A stretch of 64,000 nt of DNA from the human T2T-CHM13v2.0 reference genome, Homo sapiens: NCBI RefSeq assembly GCF_009914755.1, contig NC_060932.1; one strand, given 5' to 3'. The notes below the pieces were generated by a model that worked only from the letters and a program-made list of their open reading frames with translations, did not search any database and was not told the origin of the DNA. Position 1 is the first letter of the stretch. Each line of letters begins with the position of its first letter. This document shows positions 1 through 12,872 of this stretch, one piece after another. Made by a program: the position numbers and the translations under genes.

Positions 1-599
1 ACCCTCGCATTACTGACTCTCACTGACATTTTATGGTTCCATTCAAAGTTCAAGGATCCCTGCCTGACCCCCAATCTGGCCTGGGTCAGGGATGCTGCCC
101 CTGTGCTAGCATAATGTTGCAGACATCCTTCTCTCATTGCACCTGTCACCCCATGTTGCAATGATCTGTTTATGTAACCATTTCCCCCACTAAACTAGGG
201 ACTTCAAGGTAAGCACTGTGATGTATGTAATATATTGATATATGTATATACTTACATTATACATATATAACAGAAACCACAAGTTCAATTGATAACTGTT
301 TAATGAAGGACAGAACATCCAATAGTTGAACCACACCATCAAATGGCCAGTGAGTGGTGGCCTGCTAGAATCAGAGAATCTTAGTCTCACAAACTTGAAG
401 CAAACTTAGAATATAACATCTTTAGATAGTGGAATGATAATGTCTATTGGTGCTTTAGAATGGGATTTCATGGTATTATGTATTCTACCGAAAAGATCAA
501 CCAGGATTGCACAAAACCCACCTTTTTCCTCAGGTCCCTTCTCAGAGGATCTGGAAGGAAACAAACATGCAGAGGACAAGGGGGAAATGGGAGCCAACA

Positions 600-1361
600 C
601 ATGGTGGTGTGATGTGGGGGCTGCAGCATGAGCTTCAGTGCAGAGCTCCCAGACAAAGAGAGCATGTGCTTAGGTGGGAGGGCCAAGGGATCTCCCTCTC
701 CTAATGCAAATGTGGCCACCATCCCACTGGCTGACGCCTGCCCTTGGAAGTCACAAGGCAGCTCCGAGTGAGAGTAGAGGAAGCACAGCAGTCACCCTGG
801 CTGTGTTGAGGGAGCCAACATGGAAGCTGCTCCCCGTCCTGCTGGAGGGATAGAGACCCCTGGAGAGACCTCACCATGCACAGAGACCCTCCTCATGGTC
901 AACACTCACAAAGCATTGTCTTGTATCTGACTCAGATTGCTACTGGGGCAGCCATGAGAAGGGACCTTGCGGAGCTCCAACTACAGGAAGCATAACTGAC
1001 CAAGGGCCTACGGCTGTGCTTGGAAGTCCAAGGCAGGGTTTGCACAGAGGCCTCGTCCCCTTCATGCCTGCTCCTAGCCAATGTCCCAGGGCATGTAGGT
1101 ATACCACAGTGGGCAAGGCTCCTGGGGCACACAGGACTCCTCCGGCTCCTCTTGGATGACCTTGCCAGCTTACATCCAACTGAAGTCTAGGGCACATTCA
1201 CCTCCCCTCTGCCCATCTCCTTCACATGCAGAACTTTCTGAAGGTCTCTACCTTTCACAGTTGCCACTCCATGTTTTTCCTCACAGGTGTTTCCTCTACT
1301 GCAATCTGCACACTTGATCTAGTTTGGGCTTCTGTTTCTCAGAAGACCCAGATTCAGACAC
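600..1361 (+). mobile_element. Old ERVL-type solo LTR remnant (LTR16/LTR33-like), left boundary approximate
   Basis: The 3' end gggcttctgtttctcagaagacccagattcagaca resembles ERVL LTR termini. Confidence 0.4.
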
Positions 1362-1884
1362 CACTCCCACATCTTTGAGTCAGAAGCCTCAATAACACCT
1401 TCCCTGCTACAGTGTCTGGCCCCAGAATTGGCGAATATGTTGGGCAAGCAGTCTTATCTCAGTGGTGGTCACACACTTACCCTTGAAAAAATTGGGGCTG
1501 CAGGTCAAGCATGTTCAATTCACATGTAAATGGATACGATTGCACGTAAACTTTCTATGACTGTAATTTTTTGAAAGGTAGGTGTTAACATTGGAGAATA
1601 AAATCTCTTGGGATGTACCAAAAATGTTTGTAAACACTTATAATCGTAGAGCATATAATTGTCATTTTTGTCACCACAAGGTAGTTGCAAACTAATAAAA
1701 GAGGGAAGAAATAAAGCAAGAAGACAGAGAGGAATATGTTTAACCATCTCAATTTTATAGAAAGATAAGGACATTTAAAAGACACGTGGGAAAGATGGTG
1801 GGGGTGGGCCTGTTGAAGGGACAGTATTCAAATGAAGTAATTACATGCTAAGCTGGAACTATGGTGTAAGATATCATTACTCAC

Positions 1885-1930
1885 CGGCATGGGGGATCAT
1901 CAGCACACTGGTGAGGAGAAACGCAATCAT
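1885..1930 (-). CDS. OC90: Otoconin-90, first coding exon (signal peptide MIAFLLTSVLMIPHA-G); whole exon 1885-1977, gene continues left of the window
   Basis: Minus strand reads cttctctcccag|GAGTCTG...CCTGCT ATG ATT GCG TTT CTC CTC ACC AGT GTG CTG ATG ATC CCC CAT GCC G|gtgagt. The peptide matches the OC90 N-terminus as I recall it, and OC90 is the known downstream neighbour of HHLA1. Confidence 0.92.
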
Positions 1931-2522
1931 AGCAGGAGAACAAAGGATGGGGCTTAGGCAGCAACTGGAACAGACTCCTGGGAGAGAAGCCAGCAGAATA
2001 GGATGGAAGCATTTTCAGAATTCCCATGAAAGAACCCATGGGACCCCCATGTCCTTTCTTGGTCCCACAAGGCATGTGGTAAAAAGAGAAAGCCCTGAAA
2101 GGGTGTAGGTCCCAGTTTTGCCACTAACTGACAATGTGCCTCTAAGAAGATTATGTTCCCTCCTTGAGACTCAGTTTACCCATCTGTAAAATGGAAATGT
2201 AGCCATGAGCTCCCTGAAGACACAGCCGTGGGCTTCTGTATTTACTGATTGATTCCATGGTCATTTCTTCCAGGCCTGCCTCGTGTCAGGCATCAAAGGA
2301 TTGAGGATCCAGGAGTGCAAAGTGAGGAGAAAACACTCCTTACCTGAGTTGCTCATAGACTAATGCGGAAGGGAGGCAAGGTAACAAGTGCTGTAGTTTG
2401 ACTTTTGTTAATTGAATTTTAAATAGCCCGTACTTTATGATATACCCAGCATTCCCAATGCACCTTTGGCATGTAGGTTTTGAACCTTTCAACGATCACT
2501 TGACATAGAAATAAATCCGACA

Positions 2523-2539
2523 ACCACATGGTGGCGCTG
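2523..2539 (+). promoter_or_regulatory. CTCF-like motif in OC90 intron 1
   Basis: ACCACATGGTGGCGCTG resembles the CCACCAGGTGGCGCT core. Confidence 0.45.
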
Positions 2540-4399
2540 CATGCTAGCAAACAAAGCTTTTCCGGCAGCATCTCCCTCTTCCTTCCCTTCCTCGGCTTTT
2601 GAGTATTTCGAATACTTTGTTGAGGTCCTGAGAGTTCAATAGATACTCCTCGGAGGATGCTTTGGGGGCAAAGGGGAGAAGCGGGCAGAGTCCAGCAACC
2701 CTACTGCTTTTCAATTGTAGCTGCCGTCTGCTGAGATCAGCAAATATTTAACTTCAATAAGCCCTTAACGGACTCTAGCCAATCCATTATATGTTTAACA
2801 GGGGGACGGGGTGGGAGGCGCAGGGAAAAGACCAGAGGGATTTTAAAATAATATTTGCCCCCTTAGAATATAACTCCATAAATAATGTAAATACGGTTGG
2901 TTGTCTTGTGCATATTCTGCTTTTAGAACATGTTTTTGGGACAAAGTATGAATGATAACACATCTTGATCCATACCACCCTAGTGGCACACACAGGGCTG
3001 CTGGGTAGGGCTGTACATGTTGTGCACTGCACAAAAGCGCTTGGTCAGGAGGGTCAACTAGATGCTGAAAAAGCCAGAGCTTGACTCTGAAGCTTGTCCT
3101 CTGCAGTGTTGCATCAACCCGAAGGAAGGAGCACTTTGTAAAATTTGTTCTCCCAGAGACCAAGCCTGCCCCGTATTCTGGTGGTCTTGCATATGTACCC
3201 AGGGCCGTGACGGGTCATTCTGCCTGTGAGCAAGGCTTGGTATTAGGGAAAGTGTCCCAGAGGAGAAGACATTGTAGGTTGTACAATCACTACTCTATGG
3301 ACCTATCCCAGGGTCTAGCACAAGCTCTGGTGGCTGCAAAATAAATGTTTGTTGAATGAATTTTTTTAAAAAGGGTAGAGTGTGAGTTCTTTGAGATTCT
3401 TACTCAGCTCAAGAATTCTCTAGTAATCTGGTTACTGTCTCATTGGTGCAACGCTCTGCTTAGAGCCTTTTTTAGCCACACAAATTCCTAAAGCTGGTTA
3501 ACTTTCAAGGTGAGACAGTCTCCCTCACTGTTTGGTGGAAATTCAGTTCTGAATGATTCCTTCTCAGGCCATGAAACAAGGCTGAAAATTAAGGGGGAGA
3601 CAAGAGAGGTCTCCAAATGGAAAGTGGTATGCCCTGGAAAGTCTTGTGGTTAGCAGAAGGCACTTCAGAGGAGCCCAGAGACCTCATTGAAATGATACCC
3701 ACATGAATGGGGCCAACATGAACTTGGACAATGTAGTCACTTTCTGCCACTCAGTATGTCAGGTATTTTATTGTGACCATCACACCATGACAGGTTGCCA
3801 GCATGTCTGAACTTGGAGTGGCATTGGGATCTTCCAGTCCAAGCTCCTGTTTTACAGATGAGATCATTGAGGTTTAGAGCCTGGCAAATCATGGCAAGAA
3901 TGTCCAGCTTCCCAGGTCTCCTGACTCCAAGTCCAGTGTCATCATAATAACAGTACCTATCTGTGAGGCTGTTGTGAAGACTGAAATGAGTTAATCTTTG
4001 TGAGGCACATACAACAGCGCCTGACATAGAGAAGTTGCTCAAAAGCATTAAGAATTACAATGATGGCATCTGGCTCGAGGTCAAAGGCTCAATAAGTAGT
4101 AGCTGCTACAATGAAGGCCTTTGTGCTGTTCCCTAATCCCCTGTAAGAGTGGAAGGCCCTGTCTGGTGAATGAAGAAGAATGATCAGTTTTGCACAGTGG
4201 ATCTCTGTTTTTCTTTTGTGACACATGTTTCAGGGGTGCATTCCCCTGGGGAGTTCTGCAGCTCAGATAAGACGGCCTGAAGGTCATGTTCCATTACCTC
4301 CTTGAAACATGTTGCTTGAATGCAAATGAGCCAAAATGACTTTATTAGAGACATAATTTTGACTATGCTCTAATTTATTTTTGCAATAAGTTATAAGGA

Positions 4400-4582
4400 G
4401 GTATGATTGGGTGTTCTTCGATAATGGGGAGAGTTTCAGTAGGGGAAGATGAAAAAGTCCTGGAGGTGGACAGTGGCGTGATTGCATATCAATGTGAATG
4501 CACTTAATGCTCCTCAGCTGTACACTTAAAAGTGGCTGACATGGTCAATATTATGTATATTTTACCACAACTTTTTAAAAAG
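4400..4582 (+). mobile_element. L1M (L1MB-like) 3' end
   Basis: gatgaaaaagtcctggag...tgtacacttaaaa...tattttaccacaa. Confidence 0.7.
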
Positions 4583-4756
4583 TAAGTAATAATCTTCATG
4601 ACCTTATTCCTTTAAACACAACATTTCATGGATTAGGTCATTCTTTGTGTCAGGTGTTCCACTGAGCATGCCCCACTTGCTGTCTGGTGACAACCCTCCA
4701 AGACTTTGGCTATCAAGACGCCTCACTTTCTAGACCAGGAAACTGGGCTCAGAGGG

Positions 4757-4906
4757 TGAGTCACTTGCCAGGGTGGCCCTTGCCCAGAAGGGGGCGCTCT
4801 GGCAATGACCAGACCCAGGTGGGCCAGTCTGACTTGTTCTGGCTCCAATACCCTAAACTGCTAGGCCGGTCCTTTGAGACAAACTAAGCATTCCAGTGAT
4901 GACTCA
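4757..4906 (+). promoter_or_regulatory. CTCF-like motif (4784-4798) flanked by two AP-1 sites (4757-4763, 4900-4906)
   Basis: CCAGAAGGGGGCGCT, TGAGTCA and TGACTCA read directly from the sequence. Confidence 0.5.
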
Positions 4907-5904
4907 CTGCGTAACTGTCACAATTATCGGTAGTACTTGCTTGGGAAGACCCTTAGGGTGGCCAGCTTCTTGCTAGGGTGTGGTGAAACACAGCAGGTGA
5001 CAGCTTCCTTGCTGCGCACAAAGAAGGAAAGTCAGTGCCAGCTAGAAGGTGCCAGTTAGAAGCACGTGGTCAGCCCTGGGCAACAGTGAGGATGACCCGA
5101 ATCTGGGGTACGTGCACATTAGGGTACGTGGGTGGGATGGTGTGGGGCTGCTTCTGAAATCCAGTATCCTCCTGTTGGCCAAGTCAGGCGCCCTTGGCTG
5201 TGGGGCTGTGTCTACCTGGAGGAAAGACCTCCTTCTCCTAATTTGCCCAAGGAAGTCTCTGGGGCTGTCGTGGCCTCATGGGTCAGTGCTGTCCTTGTGG
5301 GCCTGAGAAGGCTCCCGAAGCCTCGCCTTGGTCTGCATGCCAGGTTTGGAGTCCCGGCTCCCCTAGCTGTCTCCCAATGGCCGGTCTCATGGCTGCATAG
5401 CCAGTGTCTGAGCCCAAGGCCTTGCTGGTCGGACAGACCTGGGCTGGGGTCAGGGAGTTCAGGCTCTGCCTTTTGCTTGTCGAGTGCCCTGAGCCAGGCA
5501 CTGAAGATGCCTGGAACTCATTTTCCTGGGCAGCGAAATGCATATAATGGTGTTTTTTCATCAGGGAATCATGAGGGTTAAATCTGATGAGTCTTATAAA
5601 GGTAGAACACCATCTCCGGCACTTGCTCAGTGCTCAGTGAGGACTGCCCATAATTAATGCTGATTGTGTTTCCACACCAGGTGCCGTGGGCGGGGTCATT
5701 GCCCAGGGCTATGTAGGATCCTCACTAATGTGAAGTGGTGGATTTTTCCCCCGGGTAAATTTGCCAGGTGCTCTCTGTCTGGCATTGCATCTTTTCACAG
5801 ATCGACTCAGAGCAATTTGGGTTTTCAGCTATATCCTGGAGCAACATCCAGGTCTCAGACAGCCCTGAGAGCATCCCCTACCACCTTATCCTCCATTCAT
5901 TTAT

Positions 5905-6220
5905 CTCCTCATTTCCCCTCCATTCTTCTCTCCCTTCCTCCCTCTTTCCCTCTCTCCCTCCCTCCCTTCTACCCTCTCTTTCTCCCTCCTTTTCTTCCTT
6001 CATCAATTTCTCCTACTTTTCTTCCCTCCCCTCCTTCCTCCTACCCTTTCTGCCTCTTTCCATCTCCCAACCATTTCCCTCCCTCCCTCACTCTTTTCCT
6101 CCATCCCTCCCTCTCCCCCTCCTTCTCTTTCTCCCTCCCTTCTTCTCTTCTCCCATTCATTTCCCTCCTTTACTTGCTGTCTTCCTCCCTCCCTCCCTCC
6201 CCTGCTCTCTGTCTCCCCAA
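5905..6220. repeat. CT-rich polypyrimidine/polypurine tract
   Basis: (CCCT/CCTT)n-like low-complexity sequence. Confidence 0.9.
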
Positions 6221-6244
6221 CCATCAGGAATAACAGATGCCTAC

Positions 6245-6285
6245 CGTGAAGGCTCCACTGGAGTGCAGCTGGATGAATGATGCTA
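6245..6285 (-). other. OC90: Putative non-coding exon 1 of OC90 (5' end approximate)
   Basis: Donor CACG|gtaggc at 6245/6244, about 70 nt downstream of a TATAAA; the exon has no ATG. Confidence 0.65.
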
Positions 6286-6312
6286 GGGTTTGAACAGGTG
6301 CAGACTGAGTCC

Positions 6313-6318
6313 TTTATA
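6313..6318 (-). promoter_or_regulatory. TATA box of the putative OC90 promoter
   Basis: Minus strand GGGGTATAAAGG at a suitable distance from the short exon ending at 6245. Confidence 0.6.
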
Positions 6319-7729
6319 CCCCAAGGAAAGACCCTTAGCCATGTGATGCCTCTCCCCACTCCTCACATCAAGAAGGAAGCCTTTCATGAATGTTGGCAGG
6401 TGGGCTGCCTCTGAAGGGAGGAGGCATCATAATACTATAGCTTGGAACAGGTGAAGGCTCCATATTAAGAAGCCCCATCTTGAGCCTCAGAGGAGACCTC
6501 AGGCTCTAATTAGAGAACAATGGGTTCCCTGTTCTACCCCACCTCACCTCAAAGGCTAGGAGGCCCATGGATTATGTCTCAGGGTCATCATGGGAACTCT
6601 CGGGGGATGAAAGACTGATGAAAGTCATGTGGGCTCTCCTGCAAGATAAAGGGCTGGCTTTGTCTGGTCTAGTTCATTCTTTAGCAAGAGGATTTCTAGC
6701 GTGATTCTTCTTATATGTTCTTGGCCTCAGATCTCGGAATTTGATGCCTCTTTCCTTTAGGGCTTTTCTGCCCAAGCTGTGGGGTAGGGTGAGGTGGGGC
6801 TTTATAATCAGACACCCAAGGTTCCTCTGCCAGCCCTGCTACTGAGTAGCAGTGTGACCTTGAGTTTGTCACTGCTCAGCTTTAGCTTCCACATCTGTTA
6901 AATGGGCTTAATCCTACTAAGATTTCGAGGCTGAAGAAAGCCATATATAGTGTGTGGTATGGGGGCTCATTAAGTCCTAGTTCTTTTTGTCACTTCCTCA
7001 TATCGCCTTGTGAAGGGTTTTCTTTCCTGATTTTGAAAGGAGAACTGGCATTTATTGAGTACGTGTAATGTACCACAAGTGTTTTATAGGATTTTGCCCT
7101 CATCATCCCTGCAGCAGCCCTTCCATTACTGCTTTCATAATCCTAGGAGCAAGGATTAATTAGCTCCACTTTACAGATGAGAAAAAATGGTGTCGTTGAG
7201 GTTGAGGCATTGTAGAAGCTCACGTGTAATGGAAGCATTCTGGAATGCAGGTTAGCCTGGCTGTGAACCCTCTGAGTTGCTCACTCTATGGCCACCTCCT
7301 GAAGAAGCAGGACTCCTCAAACGATTAAATCAGGGCACAATTGAGCCTCTATGGAAGAACCCATTGAAGGGCTTCTTCAAATAAGTAATTACTCTCATTC
7401 ATTGAGGCTTGTGTTTGTAGATCATTAACTATTGTTCAGCATCTCATGTGATTTGAGGAATGAAGATGCATTGTCTGTAATATTTTCTCATTAGCACCAA
7501 AGACCCACCATCTCTAAAATGACTAAGCCCGTGGGCATCTATGGCTCAGTGCAGCAAAATCCATCTTTTCAGCATCTCAAGAGCATAGCTGAGATTGTTA
7601 TTATGCTCAAGAGCATAACTGAGATTGTTATTATGCCTGAGCAATACAAAGGCATAACAATCTACATAGGTATCTTGTTCGAGACATTTCATGGGGTTTT
7701 GAGAAGGATCATTTTTTCCCATAGCTTAC

Positions 7730-7934
7730 AACAGAGTATCTTAATCTTAGCACTGTTGACATTTGGGCCAAATTATTCTTTTTTTGTAGGAGTTGTCCCG
7801 AGCATTGCAATATCGCAGGTCTCTACTCAGCTGATGCCAGTAGCACTCCCTACCTTGTTGTGACAACCAAAAATGTCTCCAAACATTGCCAAGTGTCCCC
7901 TGGGGGCCAAATCACCCCTGATTGAAAACCACTG
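7730..7934 (+). mobile_element. MER20 (hAT-Charlie) DNA transposon
   Basis: gcactgttgacatttggg...gtgacaaccaaaaatgtctcca...gaaaaccactg. Confidence 0.8.
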
Positions 7935-8199
7935 GCCTTCAATATCCCTGGAACCTTGGCCTTTTACCATTCTGTTGGTGGAATAAAGTGAGAGTGAAGT
8001 TTTCACAAGAACCCAGACATAAGAGGATAAAGTCTGTTCTAAATGAGAGTTTAAAATTTTAGATTTAATTATGACAGCACCTAAATGTCTCGTTCACACA
8101 AACCCACAGCACTAGTGCACCTGTGCAGAAATAGGGAGCCACACGCACACACACACAAACACTTAGAACCATGCACTGGGGCCAAGAAACAAACACAAT

Positions 8200-8325
8200 C
8201 TTTCTCCTCTCTCCCCCTTCTCCTCCCCCTTTCCCTCTCCTCTTTCCCTTCCCCTCCTTCCTTTCCCTCTCCCTCATCTTCTCCCTCTCCCTTCCTCCTT
8301 CTCTCTGTCCCTCTCTTTCTTTCTC
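8200..8325. repeat. CT-rich low-complexity tract
   Basis: Run made almost entirely of pyrimidines. Confidence 0.85.
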
Positions 8326-8405
8326 TTGACAACTTAGCTGGTCTTCTGGGCATGAATGAAATAAACAGAAATGTGCCTGCACCTTTGCTACCTGGAAGAA
8401 TGAAG

Positions 8406-8411
8406 TTTAAT
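8406..8411 (-). terminator. HHLA1: Candidate HHLA1 poly(A) signal (ATTAAA variant), implying a 3' UTR of about 2.5 kb
   Basis: tttaat on + is ATTAAA on -, between the HHLA1 stop and the OC90 promoter; usage is inferred. Confidence 0.45.
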
Positions 8412-9639
8412 GACGTTACGCATGTAACTGCACAATCTCCTTCATCAGAACAGATACAGTCACTGTCCCATCTCTTTCACCTCATCTGCTAACCACTGGT
8501 GGCCACATACATACACACTAATTAGTAGGAGTTCCAGATCAGTAGCACCCCCTGAGGCTTTCTTATTGCCCTAGCTATCCCCTAAATCAGGACACATTCA
8601 GCTCAGAAGGGGTCAAACCTCTTATGAACTCCAGGAGACCAGTTGGACTCCAGGCAGTCGTCAGCCACTCCTGGGCCCTGTTTTCCTTCTGCCTTTGCTG
8701 CTGTTGTGGCTGATGGTATGACTGTAGAAAACTGGCCCCAAGGAGTCCTCTGAGCCTTTGTCCTTGATGCTAGGCCAGATCCTTGCATAAGCCTCAGAGG
8801 TATTCCGCATTTGAGCTTCTTAAAGATTATAGTCATGCTCAGTCATTATTCCCAAAGTATGGGGTAACTGGGTTCACATGGGTTTCCCCACAAGTGAATA
8901 GCCCCAGTCTTGGGCCCAAGCCATCCATCCATTCTTCACCTTCCTTGATGATAAGTTACTCTTTGAGGAACCTTGAGGACCCTCTCCTGTCAAAGGTCCT
9001 TAATTAATATCCACGCAAGGGTTGAATCAAATTAATCCATGCTTAATGAGTTTGCTTGGTTCCTATCCAGGTAGAAGTCCCTTTGCCTCCCAGAAAATTT
9101 GCTGTATCCTCTTCATCTTTGCAAAAGTCATGATAATATACATTTATGAGCTTGACATTTGCATAACTTGGAGAGTCTTTCAAGTGTTCTGGAGAATAAA
9201 AAGAAATCTTTCTGCATATGATTAGAAAGAGAAATGTCTGGCTGCTCCTCTCTCCAATGTCCAAGTTCTACCTCCCCAGGCACCTTGTGGTTCACAGGAG
9301 TGCCAGGGAACTCAGGGGTCTTCCAATGGCAGAAACTGTTTTCTACTTAGATGATGAACAGAAAGTGACTTTCCTCACCCAAGGGCAGCCCTAGGTCACA
9401 AAAGGGTAAAAAAAATACTCATGGCCCAGCAGAGTCCTAAGGCAAGAGAGTGGAGAAGGAGCACCAGGCACATCAGGAGAAAAACTGTCCCTGGTAATGA
9501 GAAATAAGGGGTCCGTGCAGAGCCACTGGAGAGGGCACACATGCTCTACGTGGAGACTCAGCATAGATAGGGATACTGGAGCAACCGCAAACCTGAATAT
9601 AGTGAAAAAGGAATCTGATACAATGAAGGTGGCAAATCA

Positions 9640-10257
9640 GTATGTGGGGATGCAGAAGAAAGTTGACTCCACAGACGTACTCCACAGATGAGCTCAAATC
9701 CTGCACCTTTCAGAGGAACATCTGGTCCTTGACCAGCTCCTGGGGAATCCCCTGTAAATCCTTGGAATATCCTGCCTGATGAGTGTCTCTTGTACCTGGG
9801 GCTTCGTGCCATGACAGATAGTTTATGTTAACAATGTGATTTATGGTGGGGCCTTAGGTCGTGCAGTATCAGCTTGACCTCTAGAGGGACTGGAGACTGA
9901 ATAACTAAGTTTAGCCATGCAGGCCATGAAGGCACTCCATACCTACTCCATACCCCCAAACATCCCCTGGACACCAAAACTTGGATGAGCTTTCCTGGCT
10001 GACAATACTCCACGTGTTGTTAAACATTATTTCTGGGAGGATTAGATGCTGACTGTGCAACCCCACTGGAAGCTTGTGCCTGGGCTCTCTTGGACTCTCT
10101 CTAGAGGTGCCTTTCACATTTGCTGCTTTTCATCTGCATCCTTTTGTTGTAATAAATGCTAAATGTGCATATAACAGTTTTCCCTACCTCTGAGTTCTAC
10201 TCATGAATCATTGAACCTGAGGGTGCTCATGGGGACCTCTGAATCCAGTGGGTCACA
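9640..10257 (+). mobile_element. MER21C-like solo LTR, antisense within the inferred HHLA1 3' UTR
   Basis: ccttggaatatcctgcctgat...aacaatgtgatttatggtggggcc...gtaataaa...ttgaacctgagggtg. Confidence 0.65.
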
Positions 10258-10898
10258 CAGAAGAGGAATCAAGACAAGATGTCAATAAAAACAACTCTCT
10301 AAACCTCCTCCTAATGATAAAGTTTTCATTATCGCCCACTTAAGGGGGCTTGGAAGATTATATAGATCCCATACCATGGCAAGTCTGATTGGTTGTACAT
10401 GTATTAGTTAACTATCAGTATATGTGAATCTCTCTAGAGTATGAATTCAATATTAATTTATGCTTTTGTTGTCTTTCAAAAGTCTCAAGTTTAAGTCACC
10501 TCAGGTATTGTGTCAGAGTCTCCATGGCTGAACTGGTTTGTGCAGGCTAGAGTGCCCACGCATCCCCAGTTTTTAAATTGTCAGGATTGCCTCAAGCATT
10601 GTAGGAGTTTCTTGAGCATGAACACTAGATTTCCATGATTTTGAAGCAGGCAAGGAGTCTGGCATTACTGTATTAATTGTGAGGCCTCTAACAAGAAAAC
10701 TTCTACCTTCAATGTTTTGCACAGATTCACAGGAGAGGGAAAAAAAATGCTACTTCCAAGAATAACCACTTTAAATTAACTGATGATCTAGCTGGAGCCT
10801 GGGTGAATTCTTCAAATGTAGCCCACTTGGGACAAGAGCCAGGGTGGATGGCGTATCCCCTGAAGTAATTGTTATGCCCTAGTGTTATTTTCAAGGCC

Positions 10899-10942
10899 TC
10901 ACACAGACTTGCAGATATTCTCAAGGCACTTTTGCTTTAAGG
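10899..10942 (-). CDS. HHLA1: HHLA1 exon 17, last coding exon: (T)LKQKCLENICKSV-stop
   Basis: ttttttcag|CC TTA AAG CAA AAG TGC ... GTG TGA; frame continuous with exon 16. Confidence 0.93.
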
Positions 10943-12108
10943 CTGAAAAAAAAGCAGAAGAAGAAGGAACTCAAGGTACTGAGATATAAACACTGTAGAG
11001 ACATAAATTAAACCCTGATGTCGCCAACAAGGGTCTAGCCTCTTCCGGAGAGCAAGTGTGGGGCAGTGCACTGGACAGGGGTCACTAGGGGTGAGACTCA
11101 GAAGGTGGAAAAGACTCATGCAAGACCCCATTGCTAGTTAGCATCAAAGTCTAGTGAGGAGCAGCCCGTATTTCTCCACTCACTGCCCAATGCTCTTTTC
11201 CAATACCCAGCTGTATCTAACGCATCTCTAGAGCTTGCACGAGGCTAATTTAAACTCATTAATAAGTTGTTCAGTAAATGTAATACGTTGTGTGCATAGA
11301 GATTTTAATGTGGCAAGGACGAAAGAACTATTGAATTATGTGTTTGCAAGATTTCCTATTTCCTCTCCTCATACCAGATAAAGGGATTTCTATCTTTGAT
11401 TTCTGACCACCCCACCCCCACTCCTAATGCCTATATATTTTTTGGTCATTTAATGCAGGATGAAGGTGATGATAGGAAGAGAAGACAGGAAAAGTGGGAT
11501 GGTGGACTTGCATAAGAAATAAGGACCCTGTGTTTGGGAAAGAAAAAAATAATGGAGGCAGAAGGAAAGCAAAGTAAGCAGAAGAGGTAAATGGAAACAC
11601 AGAGAAGAGCCAGAGAGCTTGATTTTAGGAGAGCTACTGAGTGATAAGTTGAAAAATGAAATATAAAGAGAAGTTTTAAGATGATGGTTTGTGAGAAGTG
11701 AGAAACAGTGGAGGGCAGAAAGAATAAGAAGTTTCTAAGAAGTGTTGACATGGATCCCAGGGATCCCAGCTGGTATTCTTCAGGACCCAAATGGAAAGAT
11801 TGGGTTATTACACTGTTTCGTTTGTTTGTTCAAATGTAAAACATTGCCAAGACTGAGCCCTGTGAGCACCCAGCTTATATTTGGGTTACAGTAAGAAGGG
11901 ATTTTCTATACAGTTTAATGTAATTCCATGATATTTAGAAGACCAGAGTCCCTTGAGGTAGTTCAGGTAGATGGCATGATAATGGCCAAACTATGGGTTT
12001 TGGGATATTTTTTGCAGAAGTGAGAGATAAAAAAAAGCTGATACTGGAATATCTGGAAATAAATGAAGTTTTGAAGCTACCAGGACAAGGAGAGAGGTAC
12101 CATAATGA

Positions 12109-12485
<377 letters not shown>

Positions 12486-12789
12486 TTTTATTTGTCTTTT
12501 TAGCTTACATAGGAGCTCTGTGGCTAAGAGATTTGCCTGAGTTCACGCAGAGAGCAAAAGTGCTTGGTCAGGCTGACTCCTGCTGTGTTTTTCCCTTGAC
12601 CTTATTGCAAACATCAAGCTGTTAGCTGAAAGGGAATAAGAAAAATCCTAGGTGCTCTTTGTCCCAAATTAATGAGGACTAGATGAGCTACAGCATTCCA
12701 AAGACATCTGGGAATCACTCAGATTTACAGGACCCTTTTGTGTAATGCATTCACTGCAAAGTTACAACATAGTCAAGCTGTGTACTTAC

Positions 12790-12872
12790 TGTGCGAGTGG
12801 GACACCCTTTTCACCCTCTGACAGATATATGTTGCATTCTTCAGAAACCAGGAATAGTATTCAAGACAGTAT
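12790..12872 (-). CDS. HHLA1: HHLA1 exon 16: (R)YCLEYYSWFLKNATYICQRVKRVSHSH
   Basis: ctttag|A TAC TGT ... CAC A|gtaagt, 83 nt, phase 2 to 1. Confidence 0.93.

Noticed and set aside
932-1197. Minus-strand ORFs as a possible further OC90 exon
   Set aside because: No resemblance to the OC90 protein as I recall it, and they lie in an old LTR-like remnant.
5664-6359. Long ORFs (189, 170 and 118 aa) rich in P/S/L/F or G/E/R
   Set aside because: Artefacts of the CT-rich tract, which lacks stop codons.
8065-8492. Overlapping 90-135 aa ORFs
   Set aside because: Low-complexity CT/GA repeat.
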